From Gammaproteobacteria bacterium (GTDB lineage Bacteria > Pseudomonadota > Gammaproteobacteria > SZUA-229): a stretch of DNA of 64,000 nt. A program made the translations under genes and the position numbers. Positions 53,404 through 64,000 of the stretch are shown one piece after another. The stretch covers positions 6,739-70,738 of the forward strand of contig JAPHRO010000033.1 in NCBI GenBank assembly GCA_026195895.1, written 5' to 3'. The first letter of the stretch is position 1, and each line of letters starts with the position of its first letter. A model generated the notes under the pieces. The model did not search any database. It was not told the origin of the DNA and worked only from the letters and a program-made list of their open reading frames with translations.

Positions 53404-54816
53404 ATGCGATTACTCGCATTACTGGGCGTTGCTCTGCTTACCCAGGGCCTGGTTGCCTGCCAGACAACAGTCAAACCTGCTACAGAACAGCAGGCATCTG
53501 ATTCCGATGCAAAAGTGCAGACTTTTATGCTGGATAACGGCATGAAAATACTGGTGCATGAAAATCATCGTGCACCGGTAGTGGTATCACAGGTCTGGTA
53601 CAAGGTCGGCAGCAGCTATGAATATGACGGCATTACCGGCGTATCCCATGCGCTGGAACATATGATGTTCAAGGGCACGAAAAATTTAAAACCGGGTGAA
53701 TTTTCAGAAATTATTGCAGCCAATGGCGGTAGCGAAAATGCCTTTACCGGCAAGGATTACACCGCCTATTTTCAACGTATAGCCAGTGACCGGCTGGAGC
53801 TGTGTCTGAAATGGGAAGCCGATCGCATGCGCAATCTGGTCATGGACGAGGCAGAGTTTAAAAAGGAAATCGAAGTCATCAAGGAAGAGCGTCGTATGCG
53901 TACCGATGACGAGCCGACTTCATTAACCTATGAGCGATTTAATGCCGTCGCATTTTTAAATTCCTCTTATCACCAGCCCATCATCGGCTGGATGGAAGAC
54001 CTCGACACCATGACCATGGAAAATTTACGGGACTGGTACGAAACCTGGTATGCGCCGAATAACGCAACGTTAGTCGTGTCCGGTGATGTTAAGGCGGCGG
54101 ATGTTTATCAGTTGGCAAAAAAATATTTTGGTCCGCTCAAACCTTCTGTTATTCCGGAAGTAAAGCCGCGGCGTGAAGTTAAACAGCAGGGTGAGCGTCG
54201 GATTACGATCAAAGCCCCGGCCAAGGTACCGTATCTGCTCATGGGTTACAAAGTGCCGGTTTTAAAAACGGCGGCTGAACCCTGGGAGGCCTATGCGCTG
54301 GAAGTGCTGGCGGGCGTACTGGATGGCGGCGATAGTACCCGGCTGAGTTCCGAGCTGGTGCGTAATCGGGAGATCGCCTCATCGGCGGGTGCAGGTTACG
54401 ATTTATATAATCGCCAGGACAGTCTGTTTTTATTCGATGGTACGCCGACCAAAAAAAGCTCAATGGCAAAGCTGGAACAGGCGCTGATCAATGAAGTGAA
54501 AAGAATTCAACAGACGCCACCGGATGAAGCCGAACTGGAGCGAGTCAAGGCACTGGTAATGGCGTCTGCGGTTTATGAGCAGGATTCCAGTTTTTACCAG
54601 GCAATGCAGCTGGGTATTCTGGAAACCATCGGGCTTGGCTGGGAGCACAAAGCCGAATACCTGAAAAATATCGAAGCGATTACTGCTGAACAGGTGCAGG
54701 CAGTGGCGCAGAAGTATCTGGTGCCGGACCAGTTAACCGTTGCCGTACTGGATCCTCAGCCCATAACAGGGCGTCGTGTTGCAAAATCAACGGGAGGGTC
54801 GCGTCATGGCCACTAA
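53404..54816 (+). CDS. M16 family zinc peptidase, catalytic subunit (predicted lipoprotein)
   Basis: Lipobox LVAC; inverted zinc motif HALEH; NAFT, EERRMR and YAPNNA. Confidence 0.9.
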   Translation: MRLLALLGVALLTQGLVACQTTVKPATEQQASDSDAKVQTFMLDNGMKILVHENHRAPVVVSQVWYKVGSSYEYDGITGVSHALEHMMFKGTKNLKPGEFSEIIAANGGSENAFTGKDYTAYFQRIASDRLELCLKWEADRMRNLVMDEAEFKKEIEVIKEERRMRTDDEPTSLTYERFNAVAFLNSSYHQPIIGWMEDLDTMTMENLRDWYETWYAPNNATLVVSGDVKAADVYQLAKKYFGPLKPSVIPEVKPRREVKQQGERRITIKAPAKVPYLLMGYKVPVLKTAAEPWEAYALEVLAGVLDGGDSTRLSSELVRNREIASSAGAGYDLYNRQDSLFLFDGTPTKKSSMAKLEQALINEVKRIQQTPPDEAELERVKALVMASAVYEQDSSFYQAMQLGILETIGLGWEHKAEYLKNIEAITAEQVQAVAQKYLVPDQLTVAVLDPQPITGRRVAKSTGGSRHGH

Positions 54817-56137
54817 AATATTCTCGAAAGTTTTGCTGCTGCTGGGTTTGTCTTTTTCAGGCCAGTTATTCGCGGCGCCTGAAATTCAGAGCTGGCAAAC
54901 CGACAATGGTGCGCGGGTTAATTTTGTGCCGGTAATGGACTTGCCCATGCTGGATGTGCGTGTGGTATTCGATGCGGGTAGTGCACGGGATAATGGTATA
55001 GGCGGTGTGGCGCTGTTAACTAATGGTTTACTGGCGGAAGGTGCTGGCAAACAGAGTGCGCAAAAACTGGCGGAGCAATTTGAAGCCGTGGGCGCGGATT
55101 TTTCCAATGGGTCATTGAAAGATATGGCCTGGGTGAGTTTGCGTAGTTTGCGTGAAGATCGCTATTTGCAACCGGCATTAAAAAATCTGAAAAACATTTT
55201 AAGCCAGCCTGATTTTCTGCCAGAGTCTTTTAATCGCGAACTGAACCGCATGAAAATTTCGCGCCAGGCCAGCAAACAGTCGCCCAGCACTATAGCCTCG
55301 GAGGCTTTTTATAAAGCGCTGTATGATGATCATCCTTATGCCCTGCCTTCAGGGGGAACGGATGAAAGCCTGCAGCGTTTAACACTGGGACACGTAACCG
55401 CGTTTTATAAGCAATATTATGTGGCCAGAAATGCGGTGATTTCTATTGTCGGGCAAATGACCCGGCAACAGGCCGAGGAGATGGCAAACGAACTGGTCTC
55501 CGGGCTTGCCAGTGGTGAACGAGCCGAGGCCTTGCCTGAAGTGAAACCACTAACAGCATCGAAAACGATTCGTATAGATTTTCCCTCGCGGCAAAGTCAT
55601 GTGCTGGTCGGTCAGCCAGGTACCCGACGTGGTGATGCCGATTATTTTGCCCTGTATGTTGCCAATCACCCGTTTGGCGGTAGTGGTTTTACCTCGCGGC
55701 TGGTAGATGAAGTGCGGGAGAAACGCGGGCTGGCCTACAGCGTTTATAGTTATTTCTCGCCCATGCGTGCCGATGGCCCATTCATGCTGGGATTACAGAC
55801 GCGTAATGATCAGGCCGAGCAGGCACTCGATATCGTTAACAAAGAGCTGCAGAAATATGTTGCTGAAGGTCCGACAGACGATGAACTCAATGCCAGCTTA
55901 CAGAATATTACCGGCGGTTTCCCACTGAAAACCGATAGTAATAAAAAAATCATCGAGTATTTATCAATGATCGGGTTTTATGATTTGCCGCTGGATTATC
56001 TGAATACTTTTATCGGCAAGGTTAAAGCCGTCAATCAGTCAGCCATAAAGGATGTACTGCAGCGACGTGTTCAACCCGACAGGATGATCACGGTGATTGT
56101 GGGTGGCCAGTCATCAGCCGCTGCTGCGGGTGGTTGA
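54806..56137 (+). CDS. M16 family peptidase, non-catalytic partner subunit
   Basis: Signal peptide; FDAGSARD; no HxxEH; EVREKRGLAYSV; overlaps the upstream M16 gene. Confidence 0.88.
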   Translation: MATKIFSKVLLLLGLSFSGQLFAAPEIQSWQTDNGARVNFVPVMDLPMLDVRVVFDAGSARDNGIGGVALLTNGLLAEGAGKQSAQKLAEQFEAVGADFSNGSLKDMAWVSLRSLREDRYLQPALKNLKNILSQPDFLPESFNRELNRMKISRQASKQSPSTIASEAFYKALYDDHPYALPSGGTDESLQRLTLGHVTAFYKQYYVARNAVISIVGQMTRQQAEEMANELVSGLASGERAEALPEVKPLTASKTIRIDFPSRQSHVLVGQPGTRRGDADYFALYVANHPFGGSGFTSRLVDEVREKRGLAYSVYSYFSPMRADGPFMLGLQTRNDQAEQALDIVNKELQKYVAEGPTDDELNASLQNITGGFPLKTDSNKKIIEYLSMIGFYDLPLDYLNTFIGKVKAVNQSAIKDVLQRRVQPDRMITVIVGGQSSAAAAGG

Positions 56138-56176
56138 TCTTGTCCTGTATCAAAATTTGTCCTGTTTCGTTCGTGT

Positions 56177-57264
<1,088 letters not shown>

Positions 57265-57302
57265 TCCCAAGCTGATTATTTAATTTGTAAGCCAGGAGTT
57301 AA

Positions 57303-57554
<252 letters not shown>

Positions 57555-57563
57555 TCATTTACC

Positions 57564-57593
57564 AAAAGCTCCTTGAACGGAGCTTTTTTGTTT
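57564..57593 (+). terminator. Intrinsic terminator after the ferredoxin gene
   Basis: AAAAGCTCC-ttgaac-GGAGCTTTT followed by T residues. Confidence 0.75.
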
Positions 57594-57623
57594 TCCATTT
57601 TAGTTACTTAGAATAAAACTTAA

Positions 57624-59285
57624 ATGCGTAAATTCACCCCTCTGTTACTGCTGCTGTTTTGCCTCTCATTGAGTCTCAATGTGCTCGCCGCCGCTGGCAT
57701 AGCGACTGCGCATCCACTGGCCACCAAAGCCGGCGAAGAAATTTTACGTGCCGGTGGTAATGCTTTCGATGCGGCTATTGCCGTGACTGCCGCACTGGCG
57801 GTGGTTGAGCCCTATAGTTCCGGGATTGGCGGCGGTGGCTTCTGGTTGTTGCACCGGGCCAGAGATGGCTTTGAAACCATGCTCGATGGGCGTGAGCGTG
57901 CACCGTTAAAAGCGCACCGGGATATGTATCTGGATGAGCAGGGCAATGTGATTGATGGATTGTCCGTTGATGGCCCGCTGTCGGCTGGAATTCCTGGCGT
58001 ACCGGCAGCCCTGGAGCATCTGGCGAACAATTATGGTGTGCTGAGCCTCAAACAAAATTTACAACCAGCGATTCGGTATGCGCGTCAGGGATTCAAGGTC
58101 GATGAGCATTATCGGCGAATGGCGAATTTCAGATTGAAGGCCTTGCAGGCATCACCGGCGGCGGCCGCCATTTTTCTGGACAAAAACAAGGTGCCCGACA
58201 CCGGCTATGTCATTCGGCAACTGGATCTGGCAAGTGCTCTGCAATTGATGGCTGAAAAAGGCGCCGACGGATTTTATAAAGGTATGTTTGCCGAAAAATT
58301 AATTACCGGTACGAATCAGGCTGGCGGCATCTGGAGTGCAAAAGATTTACAGCAATATAAAGTTGTCGAGCGCGAACCGATTCGTGGTCAGTATCATGGC
58401 ATGAAAATCACCTCAGCGGCACCGCCATCATCGGGGGGTATTGCGCTGATCGAAATCCTAAATCAGTTGTCAGCTTTTCCACTGGAAAAAATGCATGATA
58501 GCCAGCTAACGCACCTGGTTGTCGAGGCTATGCGCCGAGCCTATCGAGATCGAGCGGAATATTTAGGCGATCCTGATTATGTGAAGATGCCGCTAGAGCG
58601 ATTGATTAGTGCCGAGTATGCAGCAGGCTTGCGCGCGGGGATACATCCGCAAAAAGCAACGCCGAGTGAATTATTGCCCGGTGTAGAAAAAAATTATCCC
58701 GGTACTGATACCACGCATTTTTCCATTATTGATCAGCAGGGAAATAGAGTGGCGGCCACATTATCAATTAATTATCCATTTGGTTCCTGCTTTGTACCAC
58801 CGGGTACTGGTGTGCTGCTAAATGACGAAATGGATGATTTCTCATCCAGGCCGGGAACGCCCAATGTGTATGGTCTGGTTGGCGCAGAAGCGAATGCGAT
58901 CGCGCCGGGTAAACGCATGTTATCCAGCATGACGCCAACGTTTCTTGAAACGAAAGATCGTATTGCCATTATCGGTACACCCGGAGGTAGTCGCATAATA
59001 ACCATGGTGTTGCTGGGGGCGCTGGTCTTTCAGCAGGGTGACGATGCCGAGCGTATTGTTAACTTGCCCAGATTTCATCACCAGTATTTGCCTGATATAA
59101 TTTTTTACGAAACGAATGCATTGGCTGAGCAAACCATAAATCAATTGCAGCAGATGGGGCATCAGCTTAAAGCGAGCGAGCAAAGCTGGGGCAATATGCA
59201 ACTGGTTATTAAAAACAAAGCCGACGGCTCTATCACTGCTGCTGCCGATTCCAGGGGACTGGGCGCTGCAGATATTATCCATTAA
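57624..59285 (+). CDS. ggt: Gamma-glutamyltransferase
   Basis: Signal peptide; GGNAFDAA; TTHFSI autocleavage Thr; LNDEMDDF, RMLSSMTP and GTPGGSRI. Confidence 0.96.
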   Translation: MRKFTPLLLLLFCLSLSLNVLAAAGIATAHPLATKAGEEILRAGGNAFDAAIAVTAALAVVEPYSSGIGGGGFWLLHRARDGFETMLDGRERAPLKAHRDMYLDEQGNVIDGLSVDGPLSAGIPGVPAALEHLANNYGVLSLKQNLQPAIRYARQGFKVDEHYRRMANFRLKALQASPAAAAIFLDKNKVPDTGYVIRQLDLASALQLMAEKGADGFYKGMFAEKLITGTNQAGGIWSAKDLQQYKVVEREPIRGQYHGMKITSAAPPSSGGIALIEILNQLSAFPLEKMHDSQLTHLVVEAMRRAYRDRAEYLGDPDYVKMPLERLISAEYAAGLRAGIHPQKATPSELLPGVEKNYPGTDTTHFSIIDQQGNRVAATLSINYPFGSCFVPPGTGVLLNDEMDDFSSRPGTPNVYGLVGAEANAIAPGKRMLSSMTPTFLETKDRIAIIGTPGGSRIITMVLLGALVFQQGDDAERIVNLPRFHHQYLPDIIFYETNALAEQTINQLQQMGHQLKASEQSWGNMQLVIKNKADGSITAAADSRGLGAADIIH

Positions 59286-59457
59286 TTCCATCTAGTCACG
59301 CCGCCTACGGCCAGCGATTTTTAATTTGCAAAGCATTATGCAGTTTAACCAGATCATGCGTTCTATCGGTATCATCCACGATCAAAAAAGAATATAGTGA
59401 TGCTGCGTTTATTGCAGTTCCAATGTTGTTCGGAAAATTATTATTCGGATTACTGGT

Positions 59458-59733
59458 TTATTCCAGACCAAAATTTTCCTGTTCTGTGCCTGCTGTTCGA
59501 TGCTCGGCATCTTTGGCTTTTTCTATCGCGCGTAACAAAACCATGTGTTCGTGCTCGGCCATGCCGTGATTCATAAATCGATCAGCCGCTTGCAATACGT
59601 TTTCCAGATAGCGGATACGATAGTTATGATTTAACAGGGCTTTTGCCAGATAGTGTGGGTCGGCATTATGTTCTTTCATTTCAGCCGCCGCCTGTAGGGC
59701 TATTTTTAGTTCGCTGTCGGTTGGTTTGCTCAT
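59458..59733 (-). CDS. Hypothetical helical protein (91 aa)
   Basis: GGAG RBS before the ATG at 59733; protein-like composition; no family recognised. Confidence 0.7.
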   Translation of the reverse strand: MSKPTDSELKIALQAAAEMKEHNADPHYLAKALLNHNYRIRYLENVLQAADRFMNHGMAEHEHMVLLRAIEKAKDAEHRTAGTEQENFGLE

Positions 59734-59870
59734 TGATATTTCTCCATAATATGAACCTAGCAGAAAAATTATGATTTGCATCCTGATCAGAATTTTCCAG
59801 GTTTAACAACTCGTATTTGGCAGCAATTTGCTAGATAATTTGCGCACTTTAATTGAATGTGGGAGCTCAA

Positions 59871-60404
59871 ATGTCCGTAATCAAAATCGGCGTAGTGACA
59901 GCGTCAGACCGGGCCAGTGCAGGTGTTTATGAAGATATTTCCGGTCAGGCCATTATCGATACGCTTAACGATTATCTGATATCAGAATGGCAGCCTGTAT
60001 ACCGAGTGATCCCTGATGATCAGCATGTGGTGGAAGATACACTGATTGAGCTGGCTGACAATGAGGCCTGTTGTCTGATTGTTACCACCGGTGGTACCGG
60101 GCCGGCTTCCAGGGATTTGGTGCCGGAAGCGACAGAAAATGTCTGCAATAAAATGATGCCGGGTTTTGGCGAATTGATGCGACAGGTGAGTTTGCAGTAT
60201 GTGCCAACAGCAATTTTATCCAGGCAGACGGCGGGTATACGCAAAAAATCATTGATTATAAATTTACCCGGCAAGCCTAAATCGATTCGGGAATGTCTGG
60301 ATGCGGTGTTTCCCGCCGTACCCTATTGCGTGGATTTGATTGAGGGGCCCTATCTGGAAACCCATGAAGACGTTATTAAGGCCTTTCGTCCCAAAGCAAA
60401 ATAA
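59871..60404 (+). CDS. mog: Molybdopterin adenylyltransferase
   Basis: TASDRAS, TTGGTG, MPGFGE, AILSRQ and NLPGKPKSI. Confidence 0.95.
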   Translation: MSVIKIGVVTASDRASAGVYEDISGQAIIDTLNDYLISEWQPVYRVIPDDQHVVEDTLIELADNEACCLIVTTGGTGPASRDLVPEATENVCNKMMPGFGELMRQVSLQYVPTAILSRQTAGIRKKSLIINLPGKPKSIRECLDAVFPAVPYCVDLIEGPYLETHEDVIKAFRPKAK

Positions 60405-60418
60405 TCTTCTATTTGTAA

Positions 60419-60691
60419 TCAGTCGGTTAACAGTGCCGGGCAGCTATCTCTACCGTAAGTTTTATTGGGCGAGTACCAGTACACACGATTGACAATTTTG
60501 CGGCCAGTAAAATATTTGCAGTGCAGCGTCGCCTGTTTATGTCGGCCAAGGTTGCCGAAGTCGTCAACAAAATAATATTGTCCGGGCATCGCCAGTGTCT
60601 CTGAAAATAGTACTTTTGAATCTGTAGCTAACAATGCTATCACTGCAATAATCAGCAGGGCGATAAACGAGGAGAGAGTACTCATGGTCAT
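60419..60691 (-). CDS. Small exported hypothetical protein with two Cys
   Basis: Hydrophobic N-terminus; AAGGA RBS; CKYFTG...DSCP. Confidence 0.6.
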   Translation of the reverse strand: MTMSTLSSFIALLIIAVIALLATDSKVLFSETLAMPGQYYFVDDFGNLGRHKQATLHCKYFTGRKIVNRVYWYSPNKTYGRDSCPALLTD

Positions 60692-60751
60692 TTTCCTTTT
60701 TGTTAATGATATTCTAAACAGTCGTGACTATTCAATGACGCCACAAAGAGT

Positions 60752-61417
60752 TTATGGCCTGATGATGGAATATTCGTGATTTTCTCGCCAGCCACGTTTG
60801 CTGAGTGGGTTACTGGTACAGAATCGGGCGAACGCATAGTCGATAAATCTATAGGGTAAATGCTCGTCTCTACCCGGAGGAATACCCAGGCGCGTCGTTT
60901 GAATAATGCGTTCAGGGCTGTGTTTGCTGTCATCAAAATAAAAGCTGCTGTGATCAAATTGTTGTTGATCCCACTGGCTAACTTTCAGATCCAGTGACCG
61001 GCATAGTAGCGTCTGGCCTCGACACAGCCTTTCTGGATGGCGTATATCACCGGAGATGGCTGGATTGAGTTGTTGCATCATTGGTATGCTGCGGGCATCG
61101 GTTTTATTGTCTTCATAGGGAAAAGCCGATTTTATGAGTACCGCATTGCCTTCGCCCTGGCAGCTAATGTTCAGTGAGTCTTTGCCGCGAGCGTAGTACA
61201 TATAAATGGTGCCGGCAGGCATAAACAGGGCTTTGCGTTTTTCAGTGAATCCCAGTGAAGCGTGGCTGCCCCGGTCTGCCAGATAATAGGCTTCCGTCTC
61301 AATAATGCGGGCAGCCAGCCAGTTTCCGCGATATTTTCGTCGGATGATTACCCCGAGGAGTTCCCGGGCAACAGTGCAGGCGTCGCGATTGAAAAACTGT
61401 TTGTTTAGCATGGACAT
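60752..61417 (-). CDS. mpg: DNA-3-methyladenine glycosylase (MPG/AAG family)
   Basis: FFNRD, VARELLG, IIETEAY, AVLI and TTRLGI; start trimmed. Confidence 0.88.
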   Translation of the reverse strand: MSMLNKQFFNRDACTVARELLGVIIRRKYRGNWLAARIIETEAYYLADRGSHASLGFTEKRKALFMPAGTIYMYYARGKDSLNISCQGEGNAVLIKSAFPYEDNKTDARSIPMMQQLNPAISGDIRHPERLCRGQTLLCRSLDLKVSQWDQQQFDHSSFYFDDSKHSPERIIQTTRLGIPPGRDEHLPYRFIDYAFARFCTSNPLSKRGWRENHEYSIIRP

Positions 61418-61582
61418 TAAGGCTGTTGGTGATCGATAGTTTTTTTCTATTACAGCGATTGATTTTACTTTAGTCAAATCCCTGTTGGTGGGGGTTGTAA
61501 TTTTTCGCAATGAGGCTATCGTATCCTTCCTGATTTTTGAATGTATTTCTGCCTAAATTTAAGCAATATAAAGGAGCCTGTC

Positions 61583-62188
61583 ATGGGTGTACTAGTTGGT
61601 CGTGAAGCACCGGATTTTGATGCTGCTGCTGTTCTTGGTAGTGGTGAGATTGTTGAAGATTTTAATTTTAAAAAAGCTACCAGCGGCAAATACGCAGTAG
61701 TTTTTTTCTATCCACTGGATTTTACTTTCGTATGTCCTTCAGAACTGATTGCATTTGATCATCGCCTGGAAGAATTCACCCGGCGTGGCGTTGAAGTGAT
61801 CGGTGTCTCCATTGATTCGCACTTTGCGCATAATGCCTGGCGTAATACACCGATTAATGAAGGCGGCATCGGCCCGGTTAAATATACCCTGGTGGCTGAC
61901 ATGACCCATGCGATCTGCAGAGCTTACGATGTTGAAACGCCAGACGGCGCGGTTGCTTTCCGTGGTTCATTCCTGATCGATAAAGAAGGTATAGTTCGTC
62001 ATCAGGTGGTAAACGATCTGCCACTGGGTCGCAACGTTGATGAAATGCTGCGAATGATCGACGCACTGCAGTTCACTGAAGAACATGGTGAAGTGTGTCC
62101 AGCAGGCTGGAACCAGGGTGATAAAGGCATGAATGCGACGCCGGATGGTGTGGCTGAGTACCTGGCGACTGAAGCTGACAAGCTGTAA
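61583..62188 (+). CDS. 2-Cys peroxiredoxin (AhpC/TsaA)
   Basis: FFYPLDFTFVCPSE and GEVCPAGW; AAGGAG RBS. Confidence 0.95.
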   Translation: MGVLVGREAPDFDAAAVLGSGEIVEDFNFKKATSGKYAVVFFYPLDFTFVCPSELIAFDHRLEEFTRRGVEVIGVSIDSHFAHNAWRNTPINEGGIGPVKYTLVADMTHAICRAYDVETPDGAVAFRGSFLIDKEGIVRHQVVNDLPLGRNVDEMLRMIDALQFTEEHGEVCPAGWNQGDKGMNATPDGVAEYLATEADKL

Positions 62189-62207
62189 GTTTTCAACCAT
62201 TAGTCTG

Positions 62208-62235
62208 AAGCCGGGCATCCAGCATGCCCGGCTTT
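62208..62235. terminator. Hairpin between convergent peroxiredoxin and macrodomain genes
   Basis: AAGCCGGGCAT-ccagc-ATGCCCGGCTT. Confidence 0.7.
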
Positions 62236-62238
62236 GGG

Positions 62239-62748
62239 CTAATCGTTTTTGATTTTGTTCTCCAGCACCGATTTCATTTCATCCCCAAAAGCCACCAGAT
62301 ATATCTTTTCCAGCTGCGGATTGCTGGCCGCGAACTGGCTGATTTCCGCCACGGCAATCTCGGCCGCCTGATCAACTGGGAAAGCGTATACACCACAGCT
62401 AATCGCGGGAAATGCGATACTGGTGAGATTATTTGCGACTGCCAGTTGCAGACTGTTTCTATAGCAGGCCGCTAACAGCTTAGCTTCGTTATTGTTGCCA
62501 CCCTGCCATATCGGCCCGACAGTATGAATTACGTGCTTTGCCGGCAAATTGTAGCCAGCCGTAATTTTTGCATCGCCGGTTGAACAACCACCAAGTGTTT
62601 TGCATTCTGCCAGTAAATCAGGCCCGGCTGCTCGATGAATGGCGCCATCGACGCCACCACCACCCAGTAAACTGTTATTGGCCGCATTGACGATAGCATC
62701 AACAGAAAGCGTGGTGATGTCGGCTTGAATGACCTCAATATTGGTCAT
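62239..62748 (-). CDS. Macrodomain O-acetyl-ADP-ribose deacetylase (YmdB-like)
   Basis: [27 protein letters not shown] and [11 protein letters not shown]. Confidence 0.93.
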   Translation of the reverse strand: MTNIEVIQADITTLSVDAIVNAANNSLLGGGGVDGAIHRAAGPDLLAECKTLGGCSTGDAKITAGYNLPAKHVIHTVGPIWQGGNNNEAKLLAACYRNSLQLAVANNLTSIAFPAISCGVYAFPVDQAAEIAVAEISQFAASNPQLEKIYLVAFGDEMKSVLENKIKND

Positions 62749-62750
62749 GA

Positions 62751-62921
62751 TTATTTCCACTGAATGGAATTGGCCACATCTTCAAAAAAATCACTGGCAA
62801 ACTGTTTGCTGGGGTCATAGGTGATGGTAAACATCACCATGGCAATCAACAGCAGGGCAAATATGAGTGCGCTGATAAGGTTACCGATACTGATTTTGTT
62901 ATGTTTTTTTGTGTGCTTCAT
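62751..62921 (-). CDS. Small single-TM membrane protein (56 aa, below the ORF-track cutoff)
   Basis: [56 protein letters not shown]; the stop lies 2 bp before the macrodomain ATG. Confidence 0.6.
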   Translation of the reverse strand: MKHTKKHNKISIGNLISALIFALLLIAMVMFTITYDPSKQFASDFFEDVANSIQWK

Positions 62922-63022
62922 GGATCAGGAAAAATAAAAGTTTATTTATCCTAGGGCGAAAAGACTGCTTTATCAAGTGCCTGTATTTGGGATTATTTCT
63001 TGATTGTGCGTTATCCTGGCTT

Positions 63023-63838
63023 TCAGGACTGGCATTGCGAGCAATAAAATGTTGAGCGTTGTTGCTGACGTAATTGCCGGATTGGCTGATGGCATATCAA
63101 ACAGGGTTGATTCGTTTTGCCATAGACTTTCAGGATTTGCTGGAAATAGCCCGGCTTGCCATCCTGCTGGGTGAAGTCCTGTAAGCTGGTACCTCCCTGT
63201 TGAATAGCCAGTTGTAAAACTTCTTTTATGCAGGCAACCAGTATTTGATAGCGCTGATAAGAAATTCGACTGGCCTGCCGTTTTGGATTGATACCCGCCA
63301 TGAATAAGGCTTCGTTGGCATAAATATTACCGACACCGACAACGACCTGACTGTTCATGATGAATAATTTAATAGCGACTTTACGGCTACGTGATTGCTG
63401 GTACAGATAGTCAGCGTTGAATTCATCCGATAATGGTTCGGGGCCAAGCTGGCTCAGCAGTTTGTGCTGCGCGGGATCTTTTCGGGTCCATAAAACCGAG
63501 CCAAATCGCCGCGGGTCGCGCAGACGCAGGACTTTGTTATTGTTGAATGCAATATCGATATGATCATGTTTTTCTGGCGCGGTGCCTTTATCAACGATAC
63601 GCAGGCTGCCCGACATGCCCAGATGGATAAGCACTGTGCCAATGCCTGTTTCCAGTAATAAATATTTGCCGCGTCGACCCACAGCGAGGATTTTTTGTTT
63701 GATAAGCTCGGATTTTAATCTGGCGGGTATCGGCCATCTTAGTTTTTTCTGTCGCACAACAACGTCGATGACCTGTTGATTTAGAATATAAGGTTCGATG
63801 CCGCGGCGGCTGGTTTCAACTTCGGGTAATTCAGGCAT
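63023..63838 (-). CDS. mutM: Formamidopyrimidine-DNA glycosylase
   Basis: MPELPEVET, RRGKYL, HLGMSG, GVGNIYANE and a C-terminal zinc finger. Confidence 0.98.
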   Translation of the reverse strand: MPELPEVETSRRGIEPYILNQQVIDVVVRQKKLRWPIPARLKSELIKQKILAVGRRGKYLLLETGIGTVLIHLGMSGSLRIVDKGTAPEKHDHIDIAFNNNKVLRLRDPRRFGSVLWTRKDPAQHKLLSQLGPEPLSDEFNADYLYQQSRSRKVAIKLFIMNSQVVVGVGNIYANEALFMAGINPKRQASRISYQRYQILVACIKEVLQLAIQQGGTSLQDFTQQDGKPGYFQQILKVYGKTNQPCLICHQPIRQLRQQQRSTFYCSQCQS

Positions 63839-63846
63839 TATCGTTA

Positions 63847-64000
63847 TCAGGCGTTGGGGTACTAATAAATAATTTATTTATTAGATTTGGGTCCAGATGA
63901 TACTCGATGCCCTGTTCCGGGCGCGCCAGTATTAACCAGGGGGATTGATCGGTGATTTCAAGTTTAATAATGTCGCCATTGTCCAGACTTATTTCAATTT
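63847..64000 (-). CDS. 3' end of an upstream CDS (possibly DUF4340-like)
   Basis: Open frame ...IEISLDNGDIIKLEITDQSPWLILARPEQGIEYHLDPNLINKLFISTPNA*, ending 8 bp before mutM. The family guess is tentative. Confidence 0.55.

Noticed and set aside
62239-62748. Macrodomain as a DarG antitoxin or other defence component
   Set aside because: Single-domain YmdB-like protein with no DarT or other ADP-ribosyltransferase nearby.

Overview
Core-genome window of a gammaproteobacterium; the DsrC-like gene hints at sulfur metabolism but does not prove it. Gene order: pyrB(partial)-pyrR-yqgF-yqgE/algH-tonB-like-apbE-gshB (-); Pil-Chp chemosensory cluster pilGHIJ-chpA-chpC (+); rsmE-metF-ahcY-metK (-) with two SAH riboswitches; dnaG; gltB; AAA/SPOR gene, dgt, aroB, aroK; two uncharacterised lipoproteins directly behind pilMNOPQ; mrcA; hemE-gltD-yqeY-rpsU; tsaD; plsY; bioH-bioC; DsrC/TusE-like gene; rpoH with a perfect CIRCE; a double-receiver regulator; ftsXEY; an M16 peptidase pair; rsmD-coaD-ferredoxin-ggt; mog; mpg; peroxiredoxin; macrodomain gene; mutM. 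I saw no rRNA, tRNA, CRISPR array, integrase or transposase. Most interesting observations: (1) two covarying SAH riboswitches whose 3' pseudoknot strand can pair with the downstream start codon; for the copy upstream of metK that codon opens an unannotated 30-aa leader ORF rather than metK; (2) two lipoproteins behind pilQ with unrelated bodies but a shared N-terminal C-A-S-x-(D)-D-S-P-F motif; (3) a reciprocal swap of conserved neighbours (yqeY|gltD and gltB|dnaG, with no rpoD), resembling a circularly permuted ~22-kb block. All calls come from reading the sequence and recalling protein families; no database searches were run.
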